In this document: one piece after another, positions 27,442 through 36,145 of the stretch
Position numbering within the stretch: the stretch's first letter is position 1
Layout of the letters: each line of letters starts with the position of its first letter
Assembly: GCA_028286585.1 (NCBI GenBank)
Contig: JAQBRI010000009.1
Span: 28,010-92,009, forward strand
Length of the DNA: 64,000 nucleotides
Direction of reading: 5' to 3'
DNA from: Candidatus Kaiserbacteria bacterium
GTDB taxonomy: Bacteria > Patescibacteriota > Minisyncoccia > Phycocordibacterales > UBA2100
The notes under the pieces: generated by a model
What the model saw: only the letters and a program-made list of their open reading frames with translations
Databases searched by the model: none
What the model was told of the DNA's origin: nothing
Position numbers and translations under genes: made by a program

Positions 27442-27541
27442 GTACCTAACCTTCGCGGTCGCGAAGGTTAGGTACATAGCATACACATTCACGATTGTGA
27501 ATGTGTATCGAATGAATTTATTAATCAACTATATTGATTAA
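27442..27541. promoter_or_regulatory. Divergent control region with three inverted repeats (34-bp perfect palindrome, 12-bp-arm palindrome, 8-bp-arm AT-rich palindrome)
   Basis: GTACCTAACCTTCGCG-gt-CGCGAAGGTTAGGTAC (27442-27475); ATACACATTCAC-gatt-GTGAATGTGTAT (27481-27508); TTAATCAA-ctata-TTGATTAA (27521-27541). Located between pilB (minus) and the FAD-oxidase gene (plus). Confidence 0.6.
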
Positions 27542-29224
27542 TTGATTTGCGTTAATTATTGTTATACTTGGAGTATGTTATTGAAAGAAGCTTTGCAAAA
27601 AATAATTCAGGGAGATGTTGTTGATGATCAAGAGTCAATAAAAAAGTACAGTCGTGACACCAGTATCTTCGAGAGAAGTCCAAAAGTTGTCGTGTTTCCA
27701 AAAAAAGCTGCTGATGTTCAGGCAGTTGTTGCGTATGTGCACGAAGCAAAACAGCGTGGAGAAGATATTTCTCTTGCCGGAAGGTCCGCTGGCACCGACA
27801 TGACAGGAGGCCCGCTCACAAAAGATATTGCACTGGTCTTTACAAAATACATGAATACTATTGGTACGATCGGGCTAAATACTGCAACAGCAGAGCCTGG
27901 TGTGTATTATCGCGATTACGAAAAGGCTACGCTTGCGGCAACAGGAATGATTACACCTTCTTACCCTGCCTCGCGCGAACTCTGTGCTATTGGTGGAATG
28001 GTTTCGAACAACTCAGGAGGTGAACTTACACTCAAATATGGCAAAACCAACAAATACGTTCGCTCATTAAATGTAGTACTTTCCGACGGAAGCAAAACTA
28101 CCATCAAGCCCCTCAGTCGCGTTGAGCTGTCCCAGCGGAAAGCACGGCAAGATCTGGAAGGTTCTATATATAGAGAGATCTCGGACCTATTGGATGCAAA
28201 CCGAACAGAAATTGAAGCGGCACGTCCTACAGTGAGCAAAAACTCTGCCGGGTACGCGTTGTGGAATGTTATAGACTCACAAAACGAAACGTTTGACCTC
28301 ACACAGCTTGTTGTAGGTTCACAAGGCACGCTCGCAATGGTAACCGAGGCAACACTTGGTCTTGTTAAAACAGCTGATCATCGGGCAATGTTGATTGTAT
28401 TTTTGTCAGACATTGCACTTTTGCCAGAAATCGTTGGGCGCGTTCTTAAGTACAATCCAGAATCATTTGAGTCCTATGACGACCAAACATTCAAACTTGC
28501 CGTGCGGTTTATTCCACAAATCGTTGGGCATTTTGGCTTACTACAAATGATTAAACTTGGATTCGCATTTATTCCCGAGGCCTGGATGGCGCTTACAGGA
28601 GGAGTGCCCAAGCTCGTTTTGATGGCAGAATTTGCAGAAAGCACTGCAGCGGAAGCTCTTGCAAAAGCAGTTGCTGCTCGCGCTGCACTCCACAACCTAT
28701 CTCTTAAAACCAAGATCGCACGATCGGAAACTGAAACCGCAAAGTATTGGACCATCCGACGAGAAAGCTTTGCACTTTTGCGAAAGAATTTGCACGGACT
28801 GTACGCGGCACCGTTTATTGACGATATTGTGGTACATCCTGCCGACTACCCTACTTTTTTGCCCGAACTTAATCTTATACTCGATCAACATAAACTTCTT
28901 TATACAATTGCGGGGCATATTGGAGATGGAAACTTTCATATCATTCCGCTTATGGATTTATCAAAAGAATCTCAGCGAAATGAAATAATCGAACTGCAGC
29001 CAAAGGTGTACGAACTTGTTGCCAAATACAAAGGCTCTACAACGGGCGAACATAATGACGGTATTATTCGGACTCCTTACCTTAAGTATATGTTTACACC
29101 AGCGATGCTCGATTTGTTTACACAAGTAAAAAAGATATTTGATCCACTTAATATATTTAATCCTGGGAAAAAAGTGGGCGGGACCATCGAGGACATTAAG
29201 TCGTCGATGATAACTCATACATAG
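27542..29224 (+). CDS. FAD-linked oxidase (GlcD/D-lactate dehydrogenase-like FAD-binding PCMH-type oxidoreductase)
   Basis: N-terminal FAD_binding_4-like region (GRSAGTDMTGG), C-terminal FAD-oxidase_C region (GHIGDGNFH, GEHNDG). True start possibly at Met 27575. Confidence 0.7.
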   Translation: MICVNYCYTWSMLLKEALQKIIQGDVVDDQESIKKYSRDTSIFERSPKVVVFPKKAADVQAVVAYVHEAKQRGEDISLAGRSAGTDMTGGPLTKDIALVFTKYMNTIGTIGLNTATAEPGVYYRDYEKATLAATGMITPSYPASRELCAIGGMVSNNSGGELTLKYGKTNKYVRSLNVVLSDGSKTTIKPLSRVELSQRKARQDLEGSIYREISDLLDANRTEIEAARPTVSKNSAGYALWNVIDSQNETFDLTQLVVGSQGTLAMVTEATLGLVKTADHRAMLIVFLSDIALLPEIVGRVLKYNPESFESYDDQTFKLAVRFIPQIVGHFGLLQMIKLGFAFIPEAWMALTGGVPKLVLMAEFAESTAAEALAKAVAARAALHNLSLKTKIARSETETAKYWTIRRESFALLRKNLHGLYAAPFIDDIVVHPADYPTFLPELNLILDQHKLLYTIAGHIGDGNFHIIPLMDLSKESQRNEIIELQPKVYELVAKYKGSTTGEHNDGIIRTPYLKYMFTPAMLDLFTQVKKIFDPLNIFNPGKKVGGTIEDIKSSMITHT

Positions 29225-29286
29225 TCGAAAAAGGAGTGTTCACAACTCTCCTTTCAAAAGTTGACAAATAAGCTATACTGGGTTGT

Positions 29287-29793
29287 ATGGAAATGATATC
29301 AACATCAACTACTCGGGAAGAACCAATCAATACAGACTTTTTACTGAAAGTTGTACAGCCGGCACTCACCGGCCTTATTGATGGCTCTGTTTCGACGCTT
29401 GCGCCTATTTTTGCCGCAGCATACGCAACACACAACCCGCATACGGCGTTCATTATTGGTGTATCTGCAGGCGTTGGAGCTGGTATTAGTATGGCTTTTG
29501 CAGAAGCACTTTCTGATACAGGCAAAGAAACGGGTCGCGGCCACCCAGTAATTCGCGGTGCAATCGTTGGTGTAATGACACTAATTGGTGGCATCCTGCA
29601 CACGCTTCCCTTTTTGATTCCACATATTACGACCGCGCTCTATGTTGCCTTTGCCGTTGTCGGAGTTGAACTTATCGCAATTGCATACCTCCGTTATCAC
29701 TTCTTTAAACTGAGTTTTTGGTCTTCGGTTGTACAAGTTGTACTAGGAGGAGGATTGGTACTTGCTGCCGGACTTCTTATCGGAAGCGCATAA
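29287..29793 (+). CDS. VIT1/CCC1-family-like membrane protein
   Basis: ALTGLIDGSVSTLAPIFAAAYA resembles the VIT-family AxLGxNDGxVSTxSLxxGVAxA motif; about 5 TM segments. Confidence 0.5.
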   Translation: MEMISTSTTREEPINTDFLLKVVQPALTGLIDGSVSTLAPIFAAAYATHNPHTAFIIGVSAGVGAGISMAFAEALSDTGKETGRGHPVIRGAIVGVMTLIGGILHTLPFLIPHITTALYVAFAVVGVELIAIAYLRYHFFKLSFWSSVVQVVLGGGLVLAAGLLIGSA

Positions 29794-29854
29794 CCATTGA
29801 CATATCTAGTGCGAAGACTATCCTGAATAAGGACTACTAAATCGAGGGGCAATA

Positions 29855-30319
29855 ATGAAACAGGCCACAATGGTTCTCGTTTTTAACGAAGATAGAAGCC
29901 ATGTTCTTTTGGGCTACAAGAAAACGGGGGAAATCGGGCAATGCACGATCAATGGCCCTGGCGGCAAAAACGAACCGGGCGAAACAGCAGAAGACTGTAT
30001 TGTGCGCGAGACCCGCGAGGAAATTGGAATTCACCTAGACAAGCAGACGCTTGTTCGCGTTGGTACTGTCATTTCGTTTGTGGCAGATATTCCAGATTTC
30101 GAAGTCACGATCTTTCATGCCGGCAAGTACGAAGGTACGCCCCAAGAAACAGATGAGATGATCCCCGAGTGGCACGACGTGTGTAAAGTTCCATTCGATC
30201 GCATGCTCGAAGGCGACCGTGACTGGTTTCCGAGAGCAATGCAAGGAGAACCATTTCGCGCGCATGTCTATTACAAAGAACGTGTGCGATTCCACCAAAG
30301 AACTGAATTTGCTACATAA
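29855..30319 (+). CDS. NUDIX hydrolase (MutT-like)
   Basis: Nudix box GGKNEPGETAEDCIVRETREEIGI (GX5EX7REUXEEXGU). Confidence 0.85.
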   Translation: MKQATMVLVFNEDRSHVLLGYKKTGEIGQCTINGPGGKNEPGETAEDCIVRETREEIGIHLDKQTLVRVGTVISFVADIPDFEVTIFHAGKYEGTPQETDEMIPEWHDVCKVPFDRMLEGDRDWFPRAMQGEPFRAHVYYKERVRFHQRTEFAT

Positions 30320-30320
30320 C

Positions 30321-30352
30321 AAAAAAGGCCCGCACACGTGCGGGCCCAATTC
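30321..30352. terminator. Bidirectional terminator hairpin between convergent NUDIX and SET genes
   Basis: AAAAAA-GGCCCGCA-cacg-TGCGGGCC palindrome; the A-run upstream gives a T-run for the minus-strand transcript. Confidence 0.65.
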
Positions 30353-30373
30353 ATAATTGGCTTTTTATACTTT

Positions 30374-30796
30374 TTACACCGGACCTCCCTGGTGTTTTTT
30401 TGCCTTGCATCTACACCCTGCATCTTTGAGAAACTGATCAAAATATTCCTCGCCATAATCATAACCAAGCTCATCCCCTGCTTTTATATTTTTGATGGCA
30501 TGAATAATGATCCGATCTTTTTCGTCGATCTCCGTTTCGCAATTTGGATCGCAGGAGTGATTGATATATCGGGCAAGGTTGCCGCGCTTTGAACCATCGA
30601 TTGTCCACTTTTCATCTATCTCAAATAAATACCGAGTTGAGAGTTTATTCGCCTGGGGTGTAGGAATCTTGTCTCCCGTATATTCAATAACAAAGTCCCC
30701 TTTCTTAAATGGAACCAATGTAAACAACCCTAGACCTGCGCCGGGTGCCGAGCGTTTTACCTCAAACTTATCTGATAGTTTATTTTTTGATGACAT
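30374..30796 (-). CDS. SET-domain protein (putative protein-lysine methyltransferase)
   Basis: RYINHSCDPNCE (NHSCxPN pseudoknot motif) and GDELGYDYG (ELxxDY) are canonical SET-domain signatures; C-terminal Cys cluster (post-SET-like CRCKAKKHQG). Confidence 0.75.
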   Translation of the reverse strand: MSSKNKLSDKFEVKRSAPGAGLGLFTLVPFKKGDFVIEYTGDKIPTPQANKLSTRYLFEIDEKWTIDGSKRGNLARYINHSCDPNCETEIDEKDRIIIHAIKNIKAGDELGYDYGEEYFDQFLKDAGCRCKAKKHQGGPV

Positions 30797-30841
30797 TGCG
30801 GAGTACTATATCATAAAGCTTTTATATGGCATACTGGCGAT

Positions 30842-32095
30842 ATGAAGAAAGTATCCACCGAAAGCTACAAGGGCGTACGTGACTTTTATCCAGAAGATCA
30901 GTTTATCCAGAGATACCTTTTTGAGCATATGGAGCGTGTGTGTGAGCTCTTTGGCTACGAGGAATACAATGCCTCGATCCTTGAACCCACCGAGATGTAT
31001 CGTGCAAAAACGAGTGAAGAAATTATTAACGAAGAGACATACTCGTTTATAGATCGTGGAGATCGTGAGGTAACCCTGCGACCCGAAATGACCCCAACGG
31101 TCGCACGTATGATTGCGGGTAAATCACGCGAGATTCCATTCCCTGCACGATGGTATTCGATACAGAACTTTTTTCGATATCAAAAGCCCCAGCACGGCCG
31201 TTTGCGCGAATTTTGGCAGCTTAATGCCGATCTTATTGGAGTATCAGGAGTAGAAGCTGATGCTGAAATAATTGCCGTGGCGCACGACTTGGTACGAAGC
31301 TTTGGTGCAGAAGAGCGAGACTTTGAAATCCGCGTATCCGACCGAAGACTTGTTGATTCAATTTTTGAAGCTGCAGGGGTTACACCAGAGTTGCGTGCAC
31401 CAATCACCCGTCTTTTGGACAGACGCGCTAAACTAGAAAACTTTGCCGATGAATTAACTACGCTCGTTGGCGACAAGGGGCTAGCACTTACTCTAATTGA
31501 CCAGATCGACAGAACCACCTCGAGCGCATACCTGGAAGAATTGCGACTATTACTTGCGCAAATGGGAGTTGGTAACATGATCGTAGACACCAAGATCACT
31601 CGCGGATTCGACTATTATACGGGCATGGTGTTTGAGGTATTCGATACCGATCCTGCTAACCGCCGTTCAATGATGGGTGGCGGACGCTATGATAATCTTT
31701 TGAGCATGTTTGGCGGAGAATCCATTCCTGCTGTGGGATTTGCCATGGGCGATGTTGTTGCAAAAGACTTTTTGGAAGCACACAATCTGCTACCAGCATA
31801 TGCTCCAGCAACTGAAGTTATGCTCGCTGTTGTCGAGAAGGACTCGCTTAGTCATGCACTTCGTCTTGCTCACGATCTTCGCCGCGAAGATGTCTGTGTA
31901 TCAGTCAACTTTTCAGGTAAGCGTGTAGGTGATCAAATCCGTCATGCCGATAAAATGAAAATCCCATTTGTAATCGCAGTTGGAACAGAAGAGCGAACAA
32001 CCGGCAGATATACACTCAAAACACTTTCTACTGGTGTAGAAATTACATTGCCAGCAGACAGAATAGCGGAGCACTTGTTTGGAGCTCTTGGATAA
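30842..32095 (+). CDS. hisS: Histidyl-tRNA synthetase
   Basis: Class II aaRS motifs (LRPEMT, GFDYYTGMVFEV, GGGRYDNL) plus C-terminal anticodon-binding domain (IPFVIAVGTEE). Confidence 0.85.
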   Translation: MKKVSTESYKGVRDFYPEDQFIQRYLFEHMERVCELFGYEEYNASILEPTEMYRAKTSEEIINEETYSFIDRGDREVTLRPEMTPTVARMIAGKSREIPFPARWYSIQNFFRYQKPQHGRLREFWQLNADLIGVSGVEADAEIIAVAHDLVRSFGAEERDFEIRVSDRRLVDSIFEAAGVTPELRAPITRLLDRRAKLENFADELTTLVGDKGLALTLIDQIDRTTSSAYLEELRLLLAQMGVGNMIVDTKITRGFDYYTGMVFEVFDTDPANRRSMMGGGRYDNLLSMFGGESIPAVGFAMGDVVAKDFLEAHNLLPAYAPATEVMLAVVEKDSLSHALRLAHDLRREDVCVSVNFSGKRVGDQIRHADKMKIPFVIAVGTEERTTGRYTLKTLSTGVEITLPADRIAEHLFGALG

Positions 32096-32130
32096 ATAAA
32101 ACCAATGTTGTTGGTTTTAAAAAAATAATT

Positions 32131-32709
32131 ATGCGAATCATAACTTTCGACATCGAAACGGCTAATTTCTTTTCCGACGTAAACTCAAACGATCCGGCTG
32201 ATCTTACGCTAGCTATCATTTGTATTCACGATTCAGAAACTGATTCATATTCAAGTTACCTAGAATCAGAATTGCCGCAGCTGTGGCCTATTCTTGAACG
32301 CGCTGACTTGCTGGTTGGATACAACTCGGATCATTTTGATATTCCCCTTTTAAATAAATATTACCCAGGGGACTTAACCCGAATGAAAAGTATCGATATT
32401 ATGAAAGAAATGCAAATGGTTACGGGCCGCAGATATAGACTTGATGCGGTCGCCGAAGGCACGTTGGGCAAAAAGAAAACTGCCGGAAAAGGCGGACAAT
32501 CGGTCATCTGGTGGCGCGAGGGCAAAATAAATGAAGTACGTGATTACTGCCTCAAAGACGTTGAACTGACAAAAAAACTATTTGACTATGCACTAGAAAA
32601 AGGCTCGCTTAAATATAAGGAGCTTGGCAAGTCGCACGAGGTAAAACTTGATATCAGTAAATGGCTTGCTCCGAAATCGAGCGCGATGACCTTCACACTT
32701 GGGTTTTAA
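32131..32709 (+). CDS. 3'-5' exonuclease, DEDDy type (RNase D/WRN-exo-like)
   Basis: Exo I FDIETA, Exo II YNSDHFDIPLL, Exo III YCLKDVELTKKLF (YxxxD). Confidence 0.7.
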   Translation: MRIITFDIETANFFSDVNSNDPADLTLAIICIHDSETDSYSSYLESELPQLWPILERADLLVGYNSDHFDIPLLNKYYPGDLTRMKSIDIMKEMQMVTGRRYRLDAVAEGTLGKKKTAGKGGQSVIWWREGKINEVRDYCLKDVELTKKLFDYALEKGSLKYKELGKSHEVKLDISKWLAPKSSAMTFTLGF

Positions 32710-32828
32710 AATTCTCGAGACATAGTGTTTACAAAGACTCTCGGAGCACGACGGTGCGAGAGGGAGCTGATTTTTCAGCAGAAAAATACAGCGTTCTTTG
32801 GAAACAGTATGTTGAGAGAATTAACGTC

Positions 32829-32904
32829 TGGTGCTTGGGGCCGGGGTCGAACCGGCGACCCTTCCCTCTTCAGGGGAATGCTCTACCAACTGAGCTACCC
32901 AAGC
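32829..32904 (-). tRNA. tRNA-Phe (anticodon GAA), CCA encoded
   Basis: Reverse complement folds as GCTTGGG/CCCAAGC acceptor, GCTC/GAGC D-stem, TTCCC-CTGAAGA-GGGAA anticodon arm (U33-GAA-G37), GCCGG-TTCGACC-CCGGC T-arm, ACCA 3' end; 76 nt. Confidence 0.9.
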
Positions 32905-32939
32905 ATGTGAGGCATTCTATCACAGCGAGATTATTATTT

Positions 32940-33344
32940 CTATCTAACCGAGCTGGTTCCATTTTCGGAACTGGTTGCAAGCTTCTGTGCTGCCGTATGC
33001 AGTACCGATTGCATTTGTTTGACCATATCCTCAAAGCCTGTGAATTTACTTTGGGTTTGCGTGTTTAGGGTCTTGGCTTGCTGGTACATCGTAATCATAC
33101 CGTCGACGGTACCGCTAAAATACGTTAAATAAATCCAAATCGGAGCGCCGAGAAAAATAATATACATGATTACTTTGAGTACACCGCCTATAAACGATGC
33201 ACGGCGCATCGAATGAAGTAGTTGATTGTTCTCCTTGGTTAGGCGATCAATATCGCGCAGCATGTCATATTGGCCGGGCTCTGTGAGGATTACCATACAC
33301 TCAAGTATACTCGCTTTATGCACGCGCACACCAGCCTTATCCAC
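32940..33344 (-). CDS. Hypothetical small membrane protein
   Basis: ORF between two tRNA genes; one strongly hydrophobic segment (FIGGVLKVIMYIIFLGAPIWIYL). Confidence 0.35.
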   Translation of the reverse strand: MDKAGVRVHKASILECMVILTEPGQYDMLRDIDRLTKENNQLLHSMRRASFIGGVLKVIMYIIFLGAPIWIYLTYFSGTVDGMITMYQQAKTLNTQTQSKFTGFEDMVKQMQSVLHTAAQKLATSSENGTSSVR

Positions 33345-33366
33345 GGCTCGTGCCGACCATATTAAT

Positions 33367-33441
33367 TGGTGCCCTTGGCGGGAATCGAACCTACATCTAC
33401 CCCTTAGGACGGGGCTGTTCTATCCATTGAACTACAAGGGC
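33367..33441 (-). tRNA. tRNA-Arg (anticodon CCU), CCA encoded
   Basis: Reverse complement: GCCCTTG/CAAGGGC acceptor, GTTC/GAAC D-stem, GCCCC-GTCCTAA-GGGGT anticodon arm (U33-CCU-A37), GTAGG-TTCGATT-CCCGC T-arm (one mismatch), ACCA; 75 nt. Confidence 0.75.
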
Positions 33442-33452
33442 GAGAGCAGCAC

Positions 33453-33692
33453 CTAGAGGTGCAAAAGCTCTTTAATTTTTTCCTGATCGTAGCCAACGAT
33501 GATTTCATCATCGATACAAATGACAGGAACACCCATTTGGCTGCTCTTATCGATCATTTCTTTCCTTTTTTCGAGATTGGTGGACACATTGTAGTCCTCG
33601 TACGCAATGTTATTTTCGGTAAAATATTCCTTTGCCATATGACAAAAATGGCATGTTGGCGTTGAATAAATGGTGACGGTAGGTTGTGACAT
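33453..33692 (-). CDS. Glutaredoxin-like protein (NrdH/Grx family, CxxC)
   Basis: VTIYSTPTCHFCHMAKEYF: thioredoxin-fold CxxC active site at the canonical position; 79 aa. Confidence 0.75.
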   Translation of the reverse strand: MSQPTVTIYSTPTCHFCHMAKEYFTENNIAYEDYNVSTNLEKRKEMIDKSSQMGVPVICIDDEIIVGYDQEKIKELLHL

Positions 33693-33809
33693 ACGATCAA
33701 TAGATAATTAATAAGTCTGTATAGTGTAGCACAAAGGCACCGAGGTTTTCAATGCAAAACAAGTCTCCATATTCGGAGACTTGTTTTGCAACCCACTATT
33801 ATCCAACAA

Positions 33810-34454
33810 TTATTGTGTTTTGAAGGATGTTGGCCATGTCACTTGGACATTGCCGTTTGCGTCTCTTGTGTAGATCACATAATAGTATGTGGTATTTGAG
33901 GCCAAGTTCGAAATGGTAACGTCTTGTACGTTTTTGAGTGATGTGTCGGTGCTTGCTGCGCTGCCGTTGACGGTAACATCATTTGAGTTCTCGGTCATAA
34001 CGAGAGGTGAAGTACTGTAATAAACGGTTCCCTGCGCTGGCTTGTTGGTCTGCCAATGAATAATCGCATATCCCTGTCCTGTAGTGCTTACAGTAGCATT
34101 AGAGATAATAGGAGCACTTGTGATATTGGTAGTGCCTCCCATCTGCGTGTTAATTAGGCCGAGGGTAAGCGGGCCAACCCGACCTACTGCAGGAAGTCCA
34201 TTTCGCGTTTGAAAACGAGAAACTGCCGAAGCCGTTAAAGATCCAAAATAACCGGTAACCAACCCTTGTGGGTAAAGTGACGAATCTGCTGCGAGAAATG
34301 TCTGGAGTGAAGAAACATCACTACCACTCATTCCAACATCCAGCTGGCGAGTGAGCGTATCAGCATATGCATACGACGATAGAGCAACTATCATTGCTAC
34401 TCCGAACAAGGTCGAGAGTATTGTGGTTCGTTGAGAAATACTGTTTGTTTTCAT
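33810..34454 (-). CDS. Secreted protein with peptidoglycan-binding domain and C-terminal FN3-like beta domain
   Basis: Signal peptide, LVTGYFGSLTASAVSRFQTRNGLPAVG (PG_binding_1-like), C-terminal region with FN3-like strand pattern (TVYYSTS...NTTYYYVIYTRD). Confidence 0.5.
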   Translation of the reverse strand: MKTNSISQRTTILSTLFGVAMIVALSSYAYADTLTRQLDVGMSGSDVSSLQTFLAADSSLYPQGLVTGYFGSLTASAVSRFQTRNGLPAVGRVGPLTLGLINTQMGGTTNITSAPIISNATVSTTGQGYAIIHWQTNKPAQGTVYYSTSPLVMTENSNDVTVNGSAASTDTSLKNVQDVTISNLASNTTYYYVIYTRDANGNVQVTWPTSFKTQ

Positions 34455-34476
34455 ATTATTATATTAATTGAATAAA

Positions 34477-34689
34477 TTACAAGACGTATGGAACATGTTG
34501 TGTTTCATCGGTCTCATATTGTGAAGACGGCCGAGATACGTTCTCATGACAACCATTTACATTTACTGTATCAATTGCACTACAACTGCAATAAGGACAA
34601 GGATCAAAAGTAAATGGATGAGGTTGCCACCCACATGGAACCCAAAGCCCAAGAGCCAAAGAACTAAAAGTACAACCGCTATAGTCCAA
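34477..34689 (-). CDS. Possible small Cys-rich peptide (70 aa) - speculative
   Basis: ORF with 7 Cys (CTF, PCGW, CPYCSCSA, GCHE); lies in a 280-bp gap between genes. Confidence 0.15.
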   Translation of the reverse strand: MDYSGCTFSSLALGLWVPCGWQPHPFTFDPCPYCSCSAIDTVNVNGCHENVSRPSSQYETDETQHVPYVL

Positions 34690-34741
34690 AGCATAAAAGT
34701 ATATGATTAATTAATAATATGAACGGATTGAAGTATTAAAT

Positions 34742-35293
34742 CTATTTTCCCAGAATCAGATCGAGCGCCTTGCTTGGCACGGTGTTGTATCCCATATAAA
34801 AGATTACGAGGTTATCTTTGGTATAAATATGGACCATCGATCCCCATGCATTTTGCTGGGAGTTCTTGCTATACATCGCGCGAAGCTTAAGAGCATCTGC
34901 CGAGGCAAGAGAATTATTTGGATACTCAAAGATTTGGATATTATCACCATGAACAGTAAAGAGTGTTCCTGGTACAGAAAGATTGGTTTTGTGAACCGTC
35001 ATAACTGGATTGAGATTCAAACCGTTTTGCTGCAACTGTGTCAGTAATGCTTGTGTTCCTGGTCCAACAACAACTTGCTGTTTTTGAGTACTTTCTACAG
35101 ACTGCACTCCTAGCGGGTTTGCGACGATGTTTAATACAAGCACTATGGCGGAGACCGCGATTACAAGACTCACCAATGCTGCATACAGAATAATGTTTCG
35201 TCGTACAAGTATCGATTCTCTGAATTGACCAAAAAAGGTATCCCGCCGACCTATCGCAAGAGTGGATAGTTTGATTGGTAGTGCTTTTGCCAT
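34742..35293 (-). CDS. Hypothetical membrane-anchored protein
   Basis: Start placed at MAKALPIKL; single TM (IILYAALVSLVIAVSAIVLVLNIV) then about 130-aa extracytoplasmic domain. Confidence 0.4.
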   Translation of the reverse strand: MAKALPIKLSTLAIGRRDTFFGQFRESILVRRNIILYAALVSLVIAVSAIVLVLNIVANPLGVQSVESTQKQQVVVGPGTQALLTQLQQNGLNLNPVMTVHKTNLSVPGTLFTVHGDNIQIFEYPNNSLASADALKLRAMYSKNSQQNAWGSMVHIYTKDNLVIFYMGYNTVPSKALDLILGK

Positions 35294-35446
35294 AAGAATT
35301 AAATATAGAGTTGGAAGATTTTGCCAATAACGACAGTCGACCTCTATCTGTAACCTATGTCGGATCAAACACAAATACATTACAAGATGATTCTTGGTTA
35401 ACTTGCATATCTTATTTATTTCGGTACTCTCACACTCAGTCTTGGT

Positions 35447-36067
35447 ATGAATTTAGGTCTTTGGCACATAGGGAGCCTACACATGGGGAAAGACAAGAAA
35501 GCTGAGCAGCGGAGGCTCGCGATCATTGGAGCTCGAAAACAGCTCGCTGAAGGTACATGGCCAAAGGTAATGACCGTATTTGAGTATTTGAACCCAAAAG
35601 CACCGCGAACGCCTGCCGAGGAATTCGCGCGACTCAAGTCATTCTACGAACATGCAGCTTTGCCAAATATGACTGTCTTCGTCGACCTGCTAAGCTTTGC
35701 GGAAAAAGAGCATAACGTGACGATATCGTACAACCTGAGTATGTGCTGGCGTCACCTTCCCGAGAATGCGCCGCCAGAATCTATTACTACAGAAGAGGCA
35801 ATGGCGTTTTTGTCCTGTCCAGATGTTTTGGTAGGAACTCGCAATGGAAGTGAAGGCGCGGCAGTTTGGCTCAGGCATTTCTCTGAAGCAATCCCTAAGA
35901 TAGCGCCGGAGCCTATCCAGGTATGGGATAAAATTTTCGGCGAGGCCGTTGAACTTCTCAAAAAGCAGCCACGTAAAGTAAGCATTGAAGATATTGTCAA
36001 TGCGGTGTTTTTAGGTGAGGACGAGGATTTAAATTTCCTTAAGTCCTCCAAGCCCACGATACAATAA
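35447..36067 (+). CDS. Hypothetical protein (206 aa)
   Basis: ORF followed by strong terminator; no recognised motifs. Confidence 0.4.
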   Translation: MNLGLWHIGSLHMGKDKKAEQRRLAIIGARKQLAEGTWPKVMTVFEYLNPKAPRTPAEEFARLKSFYEHAALPNMTVFVDLLSFAEKEHNVTISYNLSMCWRHLPENAPPESITTEEAMAFLSCPDVLVGTRNGSEGAAVWLRHFSEAIPKIAPEPIQVWDKIFGEAVELLKKQPRKVSIEDIVNAVFLGEDEDLNFLKSSKPTIQ

Positions 36068-36071
36068 AACA

Positions 36072-36108
36072 CGCCGCCAACTCCGAGGAGCTGGCGGCGC
36101 ATTTTTAT
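36072..36108 (+). terminator. Rho-independent terminator
   Basis: CGCCGCCA-ACTCC-gag-GGAGC-TGGCGGCG long hairpin followed by ATTTTTAT. Confidence 0.7.
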
Positions 36109-36145
36109 GTAACATTGATTACTTAAAACAAATTCTTTTTGGAAC

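Noticed and set aside
27442-27475. The 34-bp perfect palindrome read as an intrinsic terminator
   Set aside because: It lies between two divergently transcribed genes, upstream of both start codons, and has no flanking T or A run on either side. An operator or structured-leader role is more plausible.
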